Source of the DNA: an uncultured bacterium
GTDB taxonomy: Bacteria > Babelota > Babeliae > Babelales > Vermiphilaceae
Direction of reading: 5' to 3'
Assembly: GCA_963707655.1 (NCBI GenBank)
Contig: OY970172.1
Location: forward strand, 1 to 64,000
Length of the DNA stretch: 64,000 nt
The position numbers were made by a program, and so were the translations under genes. The notes beneath the pieces are model-generated. The model was not told where the DNA came from. It was given only the letters and a program-made list of their open reading frames with translations, and made no database searches. Shown here piece by piece: positions 1 to 10,879 of this stretch (its first letter is position 1; every line of letters starts with the position of its first letter).

Positions 1-191
1 TTGCATTTGAAGGGCAGACAGAATTGGCATTATTGGCTGATACCGTGTTTATGATTCCCCGCGTTGCTCCCTTACTTGAGCCATTGGCTGTGACAGGCTT
101 GATGCAATTTTTTGTATACCAAATTGCCCTTGTTTTAGAGCGGCCAATTGATAAACCAAGAAACTTGGCAAAATCAGTTACTGTTGAATAG
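1..191 (+). CDS. glmS: Glutamine--fructose-6-phosphate aminotransferase, C-terminal fragment (runs off window start)
   Basis: Manual translation ends ...RPIDKPRNLAKSVTVE* (TAG 189-191), the conserved GlmS C-terminal signature. Confidence 0.93.
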   Translation, partial: AFEGQTELALLADTVFMIPRVAPLLEPLAVTGLMQFFVYQIALVLERPIDKPRNLAKSVTVE

Positions 192-203
192 ATATTGAGA
201 GTA

Positions 204-1106
204 TTATATCTGAATACCAGTTAAACGGTTGAATTCGTCAACGAAGCGTTGAGCCGCTATTGTGTTGTATAATTTTGTAGGTTCGGTGTAACCGAAATCT
301 TCTTTGTATTCATCTATTCGGCGTAGATTTACCAATTCATCTGCGTCAACTGACTCGAGCGTCGCGGTAAAAAAGAAGTCAGGAATATAAGATATGCCAT
401 CGGGAATATAGTCGAAAGCTCTATTATTTAAATTCATTTCTTGCGCGTACAATTCTCCTTGCCGTGTGTAAGAACTTAAGCCCGTTTCTTTGTTTGTCTT
501 CTTAAGTTTTCCCAATTTCAGTGACCATTGAAGTCTGATAAGCATTTGATCGGTCATTCATTGACATGCGATTTGTCTGTGATCTGGCTAGAAGGTAAGA
601 AACAAATGCATCGAATTCATCAAGCATTGATTTGACCTTATCTTTCTCTGCTTGTATCTCTGCTTTGTGTTCTGGCTGGGCGAGTAGCATACGCGCATAT
701 TCCTCATCCAGTTCGTCTTTAGCATTTTTTGCCAGAGGTGCTTGGTGTTTCAACACGTAGTCGATGTCGACTGGTTGGGCTGCCAGCTGGCGGTATAATG
801 CTGCCACATAAGCGGGCAAATTTCTTGTTAATGCAGTAGCTTTTGCTTCTTCAAGTGACGGCATGGCAACAACTAATTCTTGTGGCGTTGGTGCAAGGTC
901 GGCAAGTCGTTTAAAATCGTGCGCGTAATAAAATGCGTCTCGCGCCACTAGAAAGTCCGCCCATTTTCCAAGCAACAAATTCTGTTCAGGTGTCCTTCCT
1001 GTGTTGGTCTCTATCTCTTGTGCGGGCGTGATTTTTATATCCATCGCAGTTAGTGAGGTGGCTATAGCGAATAGGCGGAGAGTACAATGAATTTGAATTT
1101 TTGCAT
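204..1106 (-). CDS. Exported hypothetical protein, probably one gene split by two single-base indels (ORFs 502..1044 and 204..557 plus upstream signal peptide)
   Basis: AAGGAG RBS then ATG at 1106 gives MQKFKFIVLSA; adding one base near 1075 continues LFAIATSLTA-MDIK in frame with ORF 502..1044; ORFs 502..1044 and 204..557 overlap at a GGGAAAAC run. Confidence 0.55.
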
Positions 1107-1202
1107 AGAAAGCGCTCCTTTTTAAAAAATTTTAAACTTTTTCTTCTGCGTGCTGATTATAGCAGCAGCCTAAAATAATCAAAAGAAAATTTAAAGATCT
1201 TT

Positions 1203-1637
1203 TTATGCAAAAAAATCTCTCATTTCACAGGCTATCGCGCTAGCTGCGGTCAGAAATGTTAAGCACAGCATGCTTGTGCTCGCAAAGTCTGTAGCGAAAG
1301 CAAAAGGCTCTGCGTTGTCAGAGTTCGCTGAATGATGGTCGTGTGAGTCCTGATAAAGATGGATATATCGTCTATTTTTATCGGGACTCTGTATTTGAGC
1401 TGCGTAATAATTTCTCTGTGGCCGCTTGGGTCGGACAGCAGATGCCGTGAGAATCCCTTTGAGTGGCAATACACTTTTCTGATCACTATTGGCTTGAGCA
1501 TCCGTTTGCGGAATGATTTCGACTTGAGCGGAAAATCGAACTTGTTTTATAGGAGGTTTTGTTTGATCATCATCCATTGCAAGAAGAGAAAAAGAAAATA
1601 AGCAAAAAACAAATAAAAATGAGTTGTGATTCATCAC
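1203..1637 (-). CDS. Exported hypothetical protein with C-terminal hydrophobic segment
   Basis: 144-aa ORF, signal peptide ...FSFSLLA-MDDD, hydrophobic C-terminus. Confidence 0.65.
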   Translation of the reverse strand: MMNHNSFLFVFCLFSFSLLAMDDDQTKPPIKQVRFSAQVEIIPQTDAQANSDQKSVLPLKGILTASAVRPKRPQRNYYAAQIQSPDKNRRYIHLYQDSHDHHSANSDNAEPFAFATDFASTSMLCLTFLTAASAIACEMRDFFA

Positions 1638-1645
1638 ATATTTCC

Positions 1646-1777
1646 CTATATTTTTTCTTGCGGATAAGAAGTTATTCTTTTGTGTGGAGAATGGGTAAAG
1701 CTCAATCCGGCCACCAAGAGTAATACGAGCCCGGAAACAAGCAATAATGAAAGACGATGTTTATAAATTTTCTTCAT
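1646..1777 (-). CDS. Small (43 aa) membrane or exported peptide, not in ORF track
   Basis: Manual translation MKKIYKHRLSLLLVSGLVLLLVAGLSFTHSPHKRITSYPQEKI*; AGGA upstream; ends 8 nt before the next ORF start. Confidence 0.45.
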   Translation of the reverse strand: MKKIYKHRLSLLLVSGLVLLLVAGLSFTHSPHKRITSYPQEKI

Positions 1778-2100
1778 AAATCCTGTTTAAATAGATGAAA
1801 AATATTATGATCTTATATATAAGGCTAGCGGTTTCTTGTATTCGGTCAAGAAAACGGGTTGCATGTTTTCTGTAATGCCCACTTTACGTGACAATTGTGG
1901 CAAAACATTTCAGTTTGAATTTCATAATCAGAGGCTGACAATGTCGCATAATGCGCTTCTACAGGAATTTTTGCATGCTTTAGCGCCCCGCACGCTTGTT
2001 TAAATTAAATTAATCTATATAATTAATTATAATATTTAAAATTGTTTCAAAGTTGAAATATATACCTCGTGTTTTTAACGAGACCATTTTGGAGGATCTT

Positions 2101-2853
2101 ATGAAATCAATGCAATTCACTTATTTAATGCTCGGCGCATTGTTACTGTCTGCCCCATTAGCAGAAGCTAAACGCGGCATGGCTTTCCAGTGGCCGACCG
2201 GCTCTTATCAGGAAACAAAACATGGAGTGTCTATCAATGCTCGCCTTCTTGATAAAAATGAGACGGCAGCCCTTTTTGATGGATATGGCAAGAGATTGAT
2301 TCAGGGAAGAAATAGCACTATTCCTTTGAAAATTGAGATCATCAATAATAGCGATGCGCTTATGGTCTTGAAAGAAAGCGATATCACCTTGCCGTTGGTC
2401 AATATCAATCCCTCAGCATCCTGGAATATAGGCAGCATAGTCAGCACTGGCTTGTTTCGCCTTGTGGGCGGTAGCGTGGTTATAGCTCTTGGGTTACCCT
2501 TTGCGCTAGTGGGCGGGGTATTGGTTTCGACGGCCATTGTTGGCGCTGCTTCACCCTACGTCATTGCGGGGCCTTTGATTAGTGTTGGGGCATTGTTTAC
2601 CGGTGTTGGCTCGTGGCTGTTTAGCCCTTTCAACACACCGGTCGCACAAAAAAATATGCAGGATCAAACAGAGCCGATCGCCATTTATCCTCAAGAAACC
2701 AAAGACATTATCTTATTTACTTCAGCAAGAACATTACAACCCTTTTCTGTGAGCATGAAAAATCTTGCGGGGCATAAAACAAGCTTCGCCGTGAATTTTG
2801 ATGGCGTCGCTCCTGAAAGAGAAGTTACCTGGATGGGTGCACGCGCTGCCTAA
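2101..2853 (+). CDS. Exported/membrane hypothetical protein with Gly-rich hydrophobic hairpin
   Basis: GGAGG RBS at 2091-2095 before ATG 2101; signal peptide ...APLAEA; long hydrophobic stretch mid-protein. Confidence 0.7.
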   Translation: MKSMQFTYLMLGALLLSAPLAEAKRGMAFQWPTGSYQETKHGVSINARLLDKNETAALFDGYGKRLIQGRNSTIPLKIEIINNSDALMVLKESDITLPLVNINPSASWNIGSIVSTGLFRLVGGSVVIALGLPFALVGGVLVSTAIVGAASPYVIAGPLISVGALFTGVGSWLFSPFNTPVAQKNMQDQTEPIAIYPQETKDIILFTSARTLQPFSVSMKNLAGHKTSFAVNFDGVAPEREVTWMGARAA

Positions 2854-2881
2854 TAAAAGATTATTCTATTAAATAAAGAAG

Positions 2882-2915
2882 AAGAAAGCGTCTGTTGAAA
2901 AATAGACGCTTTCTT
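2882..2915. terminator. Bidirectional intrinsic terminator
   Basis: aagaaagcgtct...agacgctttctt inverted repeat between convergent genes. Confidence 0.75.
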
Positions 2916-2923
2916 TTGGCTTT

Positions 2924-4438
2924 TTACTTCTTATCAAGAGCAACTTCTTGCAATACCAGCGGTTTGTTGGTCACTGCTACCGAGTCGATAAAATCCACCG
3001 CTTTTTGTCGGGTGGCAACTTTTTCGGGGAAGACATTTTGGCCCAGACTATGAATGTTTATCAAGTTAATTGCTTCTCTGAGTTGATTGTCGTTTTCAAG
3101 TACTTTTTTTGCACGTTCCAGCCAGCTCAGCTGCTTGTCATCTTTCTTCTCTTCATTTTTCTTTTTTTCATCATCTTTACCATTGCCGTTTTTTATATAA
3201 TTCGACAATGAGCTTTCGCTGCCATAGAACTTTTTAATCCAGAGCATTTGCTCTGTTGGGGGAAAGCTTTTTTCTACCTCAAAATCAGGAGTTATTCCTT
3301 GCGCTTGAATTGATATATCACCGGGAAGAAAATAGAGAGATTCGGTAATTTTTACCGCACAGTCGTTCCCCACCGGAATCACGTCTTGTACTGACCCTTT
3401 GCCAAATGTTTTTGTCCCAACCAAAAATACCATTGCTTTCTTGCTGTTTTTGGCATTTTTTTCTGCTGCATTTTGTGAATGGAGTTTAAGGCAACCGGCC
3501 AGAATTTCAGCGGCAGAGGCGGTGTAATTATTAATCAAAATGAATATGGGAACATTGGCTGCGATAGGTTCTTTGCTGGTACTGTAACGGCGCGTTTCTT
3601 TGCCATCTTTATCTTTGGTAGTCACCACGAGACTTCCTTTATCGAGGAAAAGACCCGCAATATCAACAACGGATGAGAGGAGCCCTCCCGAGTTATTGCG
3701 CAAATCAATAATGAGTGCTTTATATTTTTTTTCTTTTGATTTTCTTAATAATTCTTCAATCTGTTTTACTGCATTTTCACTAAACATGGTGAGTGAAATA
3801 TAATAAATATCATGCTCTTGTAAGTGGAAACAGAGTGAATTTTGCTCTTTAATCACATCGCGTGTTATGTCAAAAGAGAGCGGATCCATTTGCCCTTCGC
3901 GGGTGATTTTTATAGTAACTTTCGTATTGCGCTCACCTTTTATCTTACTCATGGCTTGGTCCGTGCTCATGTTTTCGAGTGCTTCGCCACCAATCTCGAT
4001 AATTTTATCAAGAGGCTTTAAACCTGCTTTATCGGCGGGACCATCAGGAATAGTGTCAATGATCATCAAAAATTTATCTTTTTGCAAACGGGTGTTATCA
4101 ATAATAATCCCAATACCAAAAAATTCTCCGCTCGTTGATTCGAGCATTTGCTTGTAGTTTTTTGGATTGAGAAAATTTGAATGGGGGTCAAGGCAGTTAA
4201 CAAAACCATCGATTGCCTTTATCATGCATTCTTCTGCATCATTGATTTTATAATGACGCTCTTCAACAATTTGTAATACTTGTGCAAAAGTCCGTAACCA
4301 ATTATAAATGGTTTCTTCATATGTTTTTGGTTGCTCGATTTTTTCTGTTTTGCTTGGCTCATTTTGCGTTGTTGACAAAACAATAGGAAAAAACAAAATG
4401 ATAGCGAGTAAGCACGTTGATTTATTTATACGCATCAT
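2924..4438 (-). CDS. ctpA: Carboxyl-terminal processing protease (S41A, PDZ)
   Basis: LDPHS, GIGI PDZ loop, IDLRNNSGG, TASAAEI (catalytic Ser), TFGKGSVQ (catalytic Lys). Confidence 0.93.
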   Translation of the reverse strand: MMRINKSTCLLAIILFFPIVLSTTQNEPSKTEKIEQPKTYEETIYNWLRTFAQVLQIVEERHYKINDAEECMIKAIDGFVNCLDPHSNFLNPKNYKQMLESTSGEFFGIGIIIDNTRLQKDKFLMIIDTIPDGPADKAGLKPLDKIIEIGGEALENMSTDQAMSKIKGERNTKVTIKITREGQMDPLSFDITRDVIKEQNSLCFHLQEHDIYYISLTMFSENAVKQIEELLRKSKEKKYKALIIDLRNNSGGLLSSVVDIAGLFLDKGSLVVTTKDKDGKETRRYSTSKEPIAANVPIFILINNYTASAAEILAGCLKLHSQNAAEKNAKNSKKAMVFLVGTKTFGKGSVQDVIPVGNDCAVKITESLYFLPGDISIQAQGITPDFEVEKSFPPTEQMLWIKKFYGSESSLSNYIKNGNGKDDEKKKNEEKKDDKQLSWLERAKKVLENDNQLREAINLINIHSLGQNVFPEKVATRQKAVDFIDSVAVTNKPLVLQEVALDKK

Positions 4439-4564
4439 AGACTCCTCTAATAATTGTCTTAAAAAAACTATATCATTCTTATCTTCGCAAAAGCTAATCT
4501 TTATAAGAAATACGCAGTAAGATTGGTATTAATGAAGCATAATTGCTGCAAAAGGGAGAATAGT

Positions 4565-4846
4565 ATGCATGAAAAAAAGCGGTGGCTGCTGCGCATTGCT
4601 CTTGCCACTGAAGTACTGTTGTTTGCTATAACTTTTTTCTTTGACTCACATGGCATGCGTGCGCTCTATGCATTGCAAGCAGAAACGGTAGTGTTGCGCA
4701 ATGAAATTGATACTCTGGGCAGCGAAGTGGCTGTGCTTGAGCATGATATTGCGCAGTGGCATGAAGATGTTTTTTATAAAGAAAAAATGGCGCGCGAACA
4801 ATTGCAAATGGCGCGATGCGATGAAATTATTTATTATATTGAATAA
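4565..4846 (+). CDS. ftsB: Septum formation initiator (FtsB/DivIC family)
   Basis: Short TM segment, coiled coil, EKMAREQLQM...EIIY motif. Confidence 0.8.
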   Translation: MHEKKRWLLRIALATEVLLFAITFFFDSHGMRALYALQAETVVLRNEIDTLGSEVAVLEHDIAQWHEDVFYKEKMAREQLQMARCDEIIYYIE

Positions 4847-4864
4847 AGCAAACAACATTTATCT

Positions 4865-5494
4865 ATGGGATATTACATGAAATATAAATACACATTGCCT
4901 CCATTACCTTACGATTACAGCGCTCTTGAGCCTTATATTGACGCAAGAACTATGGAGATTCATTACACCAAACATCATCAGGCTTATGTTGATAACCTTA
5001 ACAAAGCACTTGAGGGCTATGAGCAGTTACAGCATATTGAGTTGAGTGAGCTGATCGCCGGTATTGATGATCTACCGGAAGAAATCAAAACCGCAGTGCG
5101 TAACAATGGTGGTGGCCACTTGAATCATTCATTTTTTTGGAAAATCATGAAAAAAAATGGTGGTGGGGAGCCAAGCGGCAAAATTGGTGACGCTATTAAA
5201 AATACTTTTGGCACATTCTCTAAGTTTCAAGATGATTTTAATGCAGCGGCAAAAAAAGTTTTTGGTAGCGGCTGGGCATGGTTGTGTATTAATGACCAGA
5301 GAAAAATTTCAATTATTTCTACCCCTAATCAGGATTCACCGATAATGCAAGGGCTCACACCTCTTTTGGGGCTCGATGTGTGGGAGCATGCGTATTATCT
5401 TTCCTATCAAAACAGAAGACCCGATTATATTACTGCGTGGTGGCACGTAATTAATTGGGATCAAGTAGAAGAAAATTTTAAGCAAGCATTATAA
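4865..5494 (+). CDS. sodA: Fe/Mn superoxide dismutase
   Basis: [41 protein letters not shown]. Confidence 0.95.
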   Translation: MGYYMKYKYTLPPLPYDYSALEPYIDARTMEIHYTKHHQAYVDNLNKALEGYEQLQHIELSELIAGIDDLPEEIKTAVRNNGGGHLNHSFFWKIMKKNGGGEPSGKIGDAIKNTFGTFSKFQDDFNAAAKKVFGSGWAWLCINDQRKISIISTPNQDSPIMQGLTPLLGLDVWEHAYYLSYQNRRPDYITAWWHVINWDQVEENFKQAL

Positions 5495-5510
5495 AAACTG
5501 ATCATGTAGG

Positions 5511-5538
5511 GGCTCCTTGGTATGAAAATCAAGGAGCC
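5511..5538. terminator. Intrinsic terminator between sod and the lipase gene
   Basis: ggctccttg...caaggagcc hairpin followed by T-rich tract. Confidence 0.65.
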
Positions 5539-5560
5539 TATTTTACTTTAATGGATATGA

Positions 5561-7441
5561 TTATCCTGCCGTTGCCAAAGCTTGGTTTTTCTTATCAACA
5601 ATGCTTTGAATAACATCGACAATAAGTTTTTTGTTTTCAACGACAGCAAATTCGGTGAGCCCGCTTAATAAATCGATAACGTCTGTCTTGTAGGTAAAGT
5701 TGAATGTGCTGCATGCATCGTCGGGACAGTTTTTTGGATCAAATGTTTTTGAATACGCATCATTTTTGACCAGTGGCATATAGATAATTGTTGGGCTGGA
5801 GGGATTGTTTTTGTCCTGAAATACCGTAATAGAGTTGGCCACTTTAGCGTAATCTATTGCAGGAAACGGAATGCCTTTTTCTTTGAAATATTCTTCTGTT
5901 TTGCGTAACTCGTCACCGGTGGTGCCGGCAGAATTATCAAACACAAGAATCAGATCAACAGCGCGCTCTTTTTGCAAGAGCGGCGGCATTGGCAAGTTAT
6001 AGTGGATACCGGCATCAAGCAAAGTAAGAGTTTTTTTATTGCCGTACGGAAGACCAAGCATACCAAAGGTAAAATTATTTACCTCAGCAGGGAAAAACCG
6101 CGCTTTGCCAATTTGTACGCTGCCGGCAGCTTTAAGCATATCAAGTAAAAATTCAGGGCGTAGCTCTTTGCCAATGACCGTTAATGCTTCTTTGAGATTG
6201 ATACCAATAGCATAGCCAAAAGTGCCCATGAGGTAACCGAGTGATTCTTGGGGAACATAATTTATTGAAGCGCTATTAATAAAGTGTCTACCAAGAGCCC
6301 AGGGAGGAATAAAGCCGCCCAGGGCATCACTACCAACTTCATAGGGGGTAAAAGATACCCAGATATACGGTTGATATGAGGTAATCGCGTTGTATATGGG
6401 CAATGGCCTATTGCCATCGGCAATGACATTAGCCTGCGAGGAAAGAAAAATATCATAGGAAGAGGCCCCTTTTGCGTTATCAAGAAATAAAGAAGTGAGC
6501 GCGCCGCCATAGATATCAACCATTGAAAGTGGTTTGTCAAAGACAAACTTCTTAAACATATAGCTACCCAGAGCCGGAATTGAGAACCTTGTATTTATCA
6601 AACCATCAGGAAGACGCTTCTTTAAGAAATCTTTAAATTGGGCGGGAGAAAAATTAAAATGCATAGAAGGAGCTGTTTCCCATGTTGCCCCTGATAACGT
6701 TGATTCATACATTATCCCCCCAAGCAGTCCTATTTTGTCCAGGCCATTTTTTGATCCATTGAAAGCGACTGTCGATCGAACACCACCACCACTACCCAAG
6801 TTTGCAATAATTGGTTCAGAGCCGGGAGCAATATTTTTAATACCCATTTTTTTCAGCGCGGTGTTCACTTTTTTGCGACGTGTTTCCACATATTTTTTTT
6901 CTTGGTCACATAAACCACCACCACCCAAACGTACCGAGGCTTGCATGCTGTTGTAGGGGATTTCTTGCCAGAGTTTGCGTAATTGCCCTATAGTCGCAGC
7001 CAGTAATACATTAATGGCTTTTTTTGTTTTACTGATAATTGGTTGAATCACTTTCCAATTAATGTGATTAAATGCTGCTATTTTTCCTTCCACAAAGGCA
7101 ACATAAAAATTATCAAAAAGAGGATTGGCAATGTTTTGCCTCGCGAGTAAATGCAATTCATCGCCAGATATTTCAGGCTTTAAAAGATCGCCAAGAATTG
7201 AGATGGCTAACTCTCTGCTACCCAGATCCCATTTCATCGAAGGCCGTTCAAAAGCGGTTTTGCTATGGGGGGGGAGCCGCTTTGCCGGTGATGTCCGCTG
7301 CGCTTCTTGTAAAAGAATTGTGGTATAGGTGTAATAAGGGGCCGCGTGCAAAGAGATGTCAGATTCATTGTGTAGATATACGGTATCAGCATGCAGTGAT
7401 ATGATCGGATACAATAAGAGTAGTATGCTTTTTTTATTCAT
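5561..7441 (-). CDS. Exported cPLA2/lysophospholipase-catalytic-domain protein
   Basis: Signal peptide; GSGGGVRS oxyanion motif, TLSGATW nucleophile elbow, FTPYEVG, DAGIHYNLP..PLL..ERAVDLILVFD. Confidence 0.85.
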   Translation of the reverse strand: MNKKSILLLLYPIISLHADTVYLHNESDISLHAAPYYTYTTILLQEAQRTSPAKRLPPHSKTAFERPSMKWDLGSRELAISILGDLLKPEISGDELHLLARQNIANPLFDNFYVAFVEGKIAAFNHINWKVIQPIISKTKKAINVLLAATIGQLRKLWQEIPYNSMQASVRLGGGGLCDQEKKYVETRRKKVNTALKKMGIKNIAPGSEPIIANLGSGGGVRSTVAFNGSKNGLDKIGLLGGIMYESTLSGATWETAPSMHFNFSPAQFKDFLKKRLPDGLINTRFSIPALGSYMFKKFVFDKPLSMVDIYGGALTSLFLDNAKGASSYDIFLSSQANVIADGNRPLPIYNAITSYQPYIWVSFTPYEVGSDALGGFIPPWALGRHFINSASINYVPQESLGYLMGTFGYAIGINLKEALTVIGKELRPEFLLDMLKAAGSVQIGKARFFPAEVNNFTFGMLGLPYGNKKTLTLLDAGIHYNLPMPPLLQKERAVDLILVFDNSAGTTGDELRKTEEYFKEKGIPFPAIDYAKVANSITVFQDKNNPSSPTIIYMPLVKNDAYSKTFDPKNCPDDACSTFNFTYKTDVIDLLSGLTEFAVVENKKLIVDVIQSIVDKKNQALATAG

Positions 7442-7613
7442 GAATCCCCCACCTTTTTATAGATATAATTTAGATAGCGCCCATTTCGAGTATAGATGAA
7501 TCAAAATGACCGGCGCAATTATTTAGGGACAGAATAAGCTTTAGCTTTTTAAATCAAAAGATATATACTTTTATTTTAGAATATTCAAAACTCCCTTATT
7601 ATCGCAAATTATT

Positions 7614-9116
7614 ATGATGAAAAATAAATCCATTCCTGCTCCGCATGACCAAACTCCTGAAGCTGAATATGAAGTGCGCGTTGAAAAAGTTGTCAATATG
7701 CGCAAGCTTGGTATTGAGCCATGGCCTTCGTACAAAAAAATAAATGCTACAACAGCTGAAGTTAAAGCTGAATATAAAGATGAAGGGCAATCGCGCGTCT
7801 ATGAAGTCGCCGGCCGCATCATGACTATGCGCTTGCATGGAAAAACCGCTTTTTTTCATATTCAAGATCAACATGGGCGCTTGCAAATATACTTGCGTGA
7901 AGATGTTGTTGGTGCTGAAAATTTTGGTCGCTTTGAGCAGTATATTGATAATGGTGATATTGTATGGATTTCTGGTCATTCATTCAAAACAAAGACCGGT
8001 GAGATTACTCTCAAAGCTGATAACTATGAATTGTTGAGTAAATGCTTGCATCCTCTGCCGGACAAATTTCATGGGTTGAGCGACATAGAAACTATTTATC
8101 GGCAGCGTTATCTTGATCTTATTACCAATCCCGATAGCCGCGAGCGATTCCGTCGCCGCAGCATGATTATACGCACTCTGCGCTCCTTTCTTGATTCTCA
8201 TGATTATGTGGAAGTGGAGACGCCCATGTTGCATCCTATTCCCGGTGGCGCAGCAGCGCGTCCATTTGTAACTCATCACAATGCGCTTGATTCTGATTTT
8301 TATTTGCGCATTGCTCCTGAGCTTTATTTAAAAAGACTTGTTGTCGGTGGCATTGAACGAGTGTATGAGATTAATCGCAATTTCAGAAATGAAGGCATTT
8401 CTACGCGCCACAATCCTGAATTTACCATGCTTGAATTTTATACCGCGCATGAAAATTATGTTTTCGCCATGGATTTTACTGAAGAAATGTTGCGCATGGC
8501 GGCACAAAAAGCAAGCAACAGTTTGCAGTTGCCATTTGGTGAGCATATGTTGAATTTTGAACAGCCATTCAAACGCATTACGCTCAAAGAAGCGGTGATA
8601 GAATTTGCTGCTGTTCAACCGCATGAGCTTCTTGAAGAGAGCATTGATGCGACCTTGCAAGCAAAGAAAGTTTCTTTGGCACAAAAAGATGCTTCATTGG
8701 GACAAAAAATATATGCATTGTTTGAACAATTGGTTGAACATCAATTGATTCAGCCAACTTTTGTCACCCAATTCCCTATAGAAGTCTCTCCACTTGCAAA
8801 GCGTGATCATCATGACATGCATGCGGCTGCGCGTTTTGAACTCTTCATTGCCGGTATGGAGCTGAGCAATTCATTTAATGAATTGAATGATCCTTTCGAG
8901 CAGGCAGAGCGCTTTAAAGAGCAGGTGCAATCTCGCCAGGCAGGTGATAGTGAAGCTCATTATTATGATGCTGATTTTATTGAAGCGCTTGAATATGCAT
9001 TGCCCCCAACAGTTGGTGTGGGAATTGGTATTGATCGTTTAACTATGTTATTAACCGGTGCCACTTCAATTAAAGATGTCATATTGTTTCCTACATTGAA
9101 AAAGAGACAGCAATAA
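7614..9116 (+). CDS. lysS: Lysine--tRNA ligase (class II)
   Basis: YRQRYLDL, GGAAARPF, YLRIAPELYLKRL, FRNEG, GIGIDRL. Confidence 0.98.
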   Translation: MMKNKSIPAPHDQTPEAEYEVRVEKVVNMRKLGIEPWPSYKKINATTAEVKAEYKDEGQSRVYEVAGRIMTMRLHGKTAFFHIQDQHGRLQIYLREDVVGAENFGRFEQYIDNGDIVWISGHSFKTKTGEITLKADNYELLSKCLHPLPDKFHGLSDIETIYRQRYLDLITNPDSRERFRRRSMIIRTLRSFLDSHDYVEVETPMLHPIPGGAAARPFVTHHNALDSDFYLRIAPELYLKRLVVGGIERVYEINRNFRNEGISTRHNPEFTMLEFYTAHENYVFAMDFTEEMLRMAAQKASNSLQLPFGEHMLNFEQPFKRITLKEAVIEFAAVQPHELLEESIDATLQAKKVSLAQKDASLGQKIYALFEQLVEHQLIQPTFVTQFPIEVSPLAKRDHHDMHAAARFELFIAGMELSNSFNELNDPFEQAERFKEQVQSRQAGDSEAHYYDADFIEALEYALPPTVGVGIGIDRLTMLLTGATSIKDVILFPTLKKRQQ

Positions 9117-9141
9117 TATTTTTCAATGCAAGGCGCATCAG

Positions 9142-10879
9142 ATGAATTTTCTACAGGGTGAAAAATATCTTTGGCAGTTGCCGGGTTGCGATCAAGCGGC
9201 TATTTTAGACGTGGCGGCACGCTACAATATTTCTTTTCCTATAGCGCAAACAGTTCTGGCTCGTGGATTTACGAATCCTGAAGCGATCGATTCTTATTTG
9301 TTTAGCTCATTTGAAAAAGATGTTGCCCATGCTTCACTCATAAAAGATGCTTCAAAAACAGTTGACCGTATTATTACGGCGATTAACAATAAAGAAAAAA
9401 TTCTTATATTCGGCGATTATGATGTTGATGGAATCACTTCATCAGCACTGATGATGATTTGCCTCTTGCATTTAAAAGCAGAGGTCAATTTTTTTTTGCC
9501 TCATCGCGTGCGTGATGGTTATGGCATTTCTACCGGCGTGGTGGAACGTGCAGCACAAAATGGATATCGCTTAATTATCACGGTCGATAATGGCATTACT
9601 GCGTTTGCACCGGCTGTAAAAGCAAAAGAGTTGGGTATAGATCTTATTATTACTGATCACCATCGGCCCCAAGGAGCGGTGCCTGATGCATATGCGGTTG
9701 TTGATCCGCAGCAAGAAGATTGTTTGTATCCATTTAAAGTATTTGCCGGCGTTGGTGTCTCATTTAAAATTCTAACTTTGCTCTATGAAAAATTGGGTAA
9801 AGAAATGCCGGTGAAAGCATACGAGCTTTTGTTGCTTGGTACCATTGCCGACGTAGTGCCCTTATTGGGAGAAAATAGATTTTGGGTGCGCCATGGCCTT
9901 GCCTATGTAAATTCGCATGAAAGTATCTCTTTACAAGTTCTAAAGCAAAACGGCAAGCTCGATAAGCCAAAAATTTCAGCAACCGATATCGGTTTTTGTC
10001 TCACGCCTCAAATTAATGCATTGGGACGACTCGAGGATCCGCGTCAAGGGGTTAAGTTTTTAATTGGTGCTGATATTGCCGAGGTTAAAGAAGTTGGCGC
10101 TACATTGTATGAGCTCAACCAGACACGGCGGGAAATAGAGCGCTCCATTATCAGTCAGATCGATGCGGAAATTGAAAGCAAGCGTGTTGATCTTGAAAAA
10201 GAGAAGGTCATTATTGTTGCGAGTGAATCATGGCCACCGGGAGTAATTGGCTTGGTTGCTTCGCGCTTGGTTTCCGCATATGGCAAGCCAACATTGCTTT
10301 TTCATCTCACCAAAAAAGGAATCGCCAAAGGATCGTGCCGCTCTATTCCTGAATTTAATATGTTTAATGCTTTGGCAGCAAACAAAGATTTATTAGAATC
10401 ATTTGGCGGGCATTCATTAGCGGCTGGTCTTTCGCTCAAAGTAGAAAATCTTCCTGTACTCAAGGAACGACTCGAAAAACTTGTTTCTGAACAATTGACT
10501 CCTTTTGATTTGCAACAAAAATTGAGGTTGGATGCAGAAATCAAACTAGAGGATTTAAATAAAAAAATAATAAGCGATATGGGCTTGCTTGAACCATTTG
10601 GTAATGAAAATCAACAGCCAACCTTTTTAGTCAAAGATGTACGTGCAGGTGCAAAAGCCAACTTTATTAAAAGATCTGCATGTTAAATGTTCTATTTTTG
10701 CCGATGGCATAATTAAACAAGTAATATTTTTTAATAGGCCGGCTCTTTTTGAAAAACTGATAAGTTTTGAGCAAGAACAATTTCATGTTGCGGCACAAAT
10801 TTCTGAAAATCATTGGAACGGAAAAGTAAATATTGAATTGATTGGTCTTGATATAGCACAAAAAGAGGGGCAAAAATGA
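9142..10879 (+). CDS. recJ: ssDNA-specific exonuclease RecJ (frameshift near 10640; ORFs 9142..10686 and 10637..10879)
   Basis: GDYDVDG, TVDNG, TDHH, GTIADVVPL, GSCRS, GGH, LEPFG; C-terminal OB part continues in the next frame. Confidence 0.93.
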
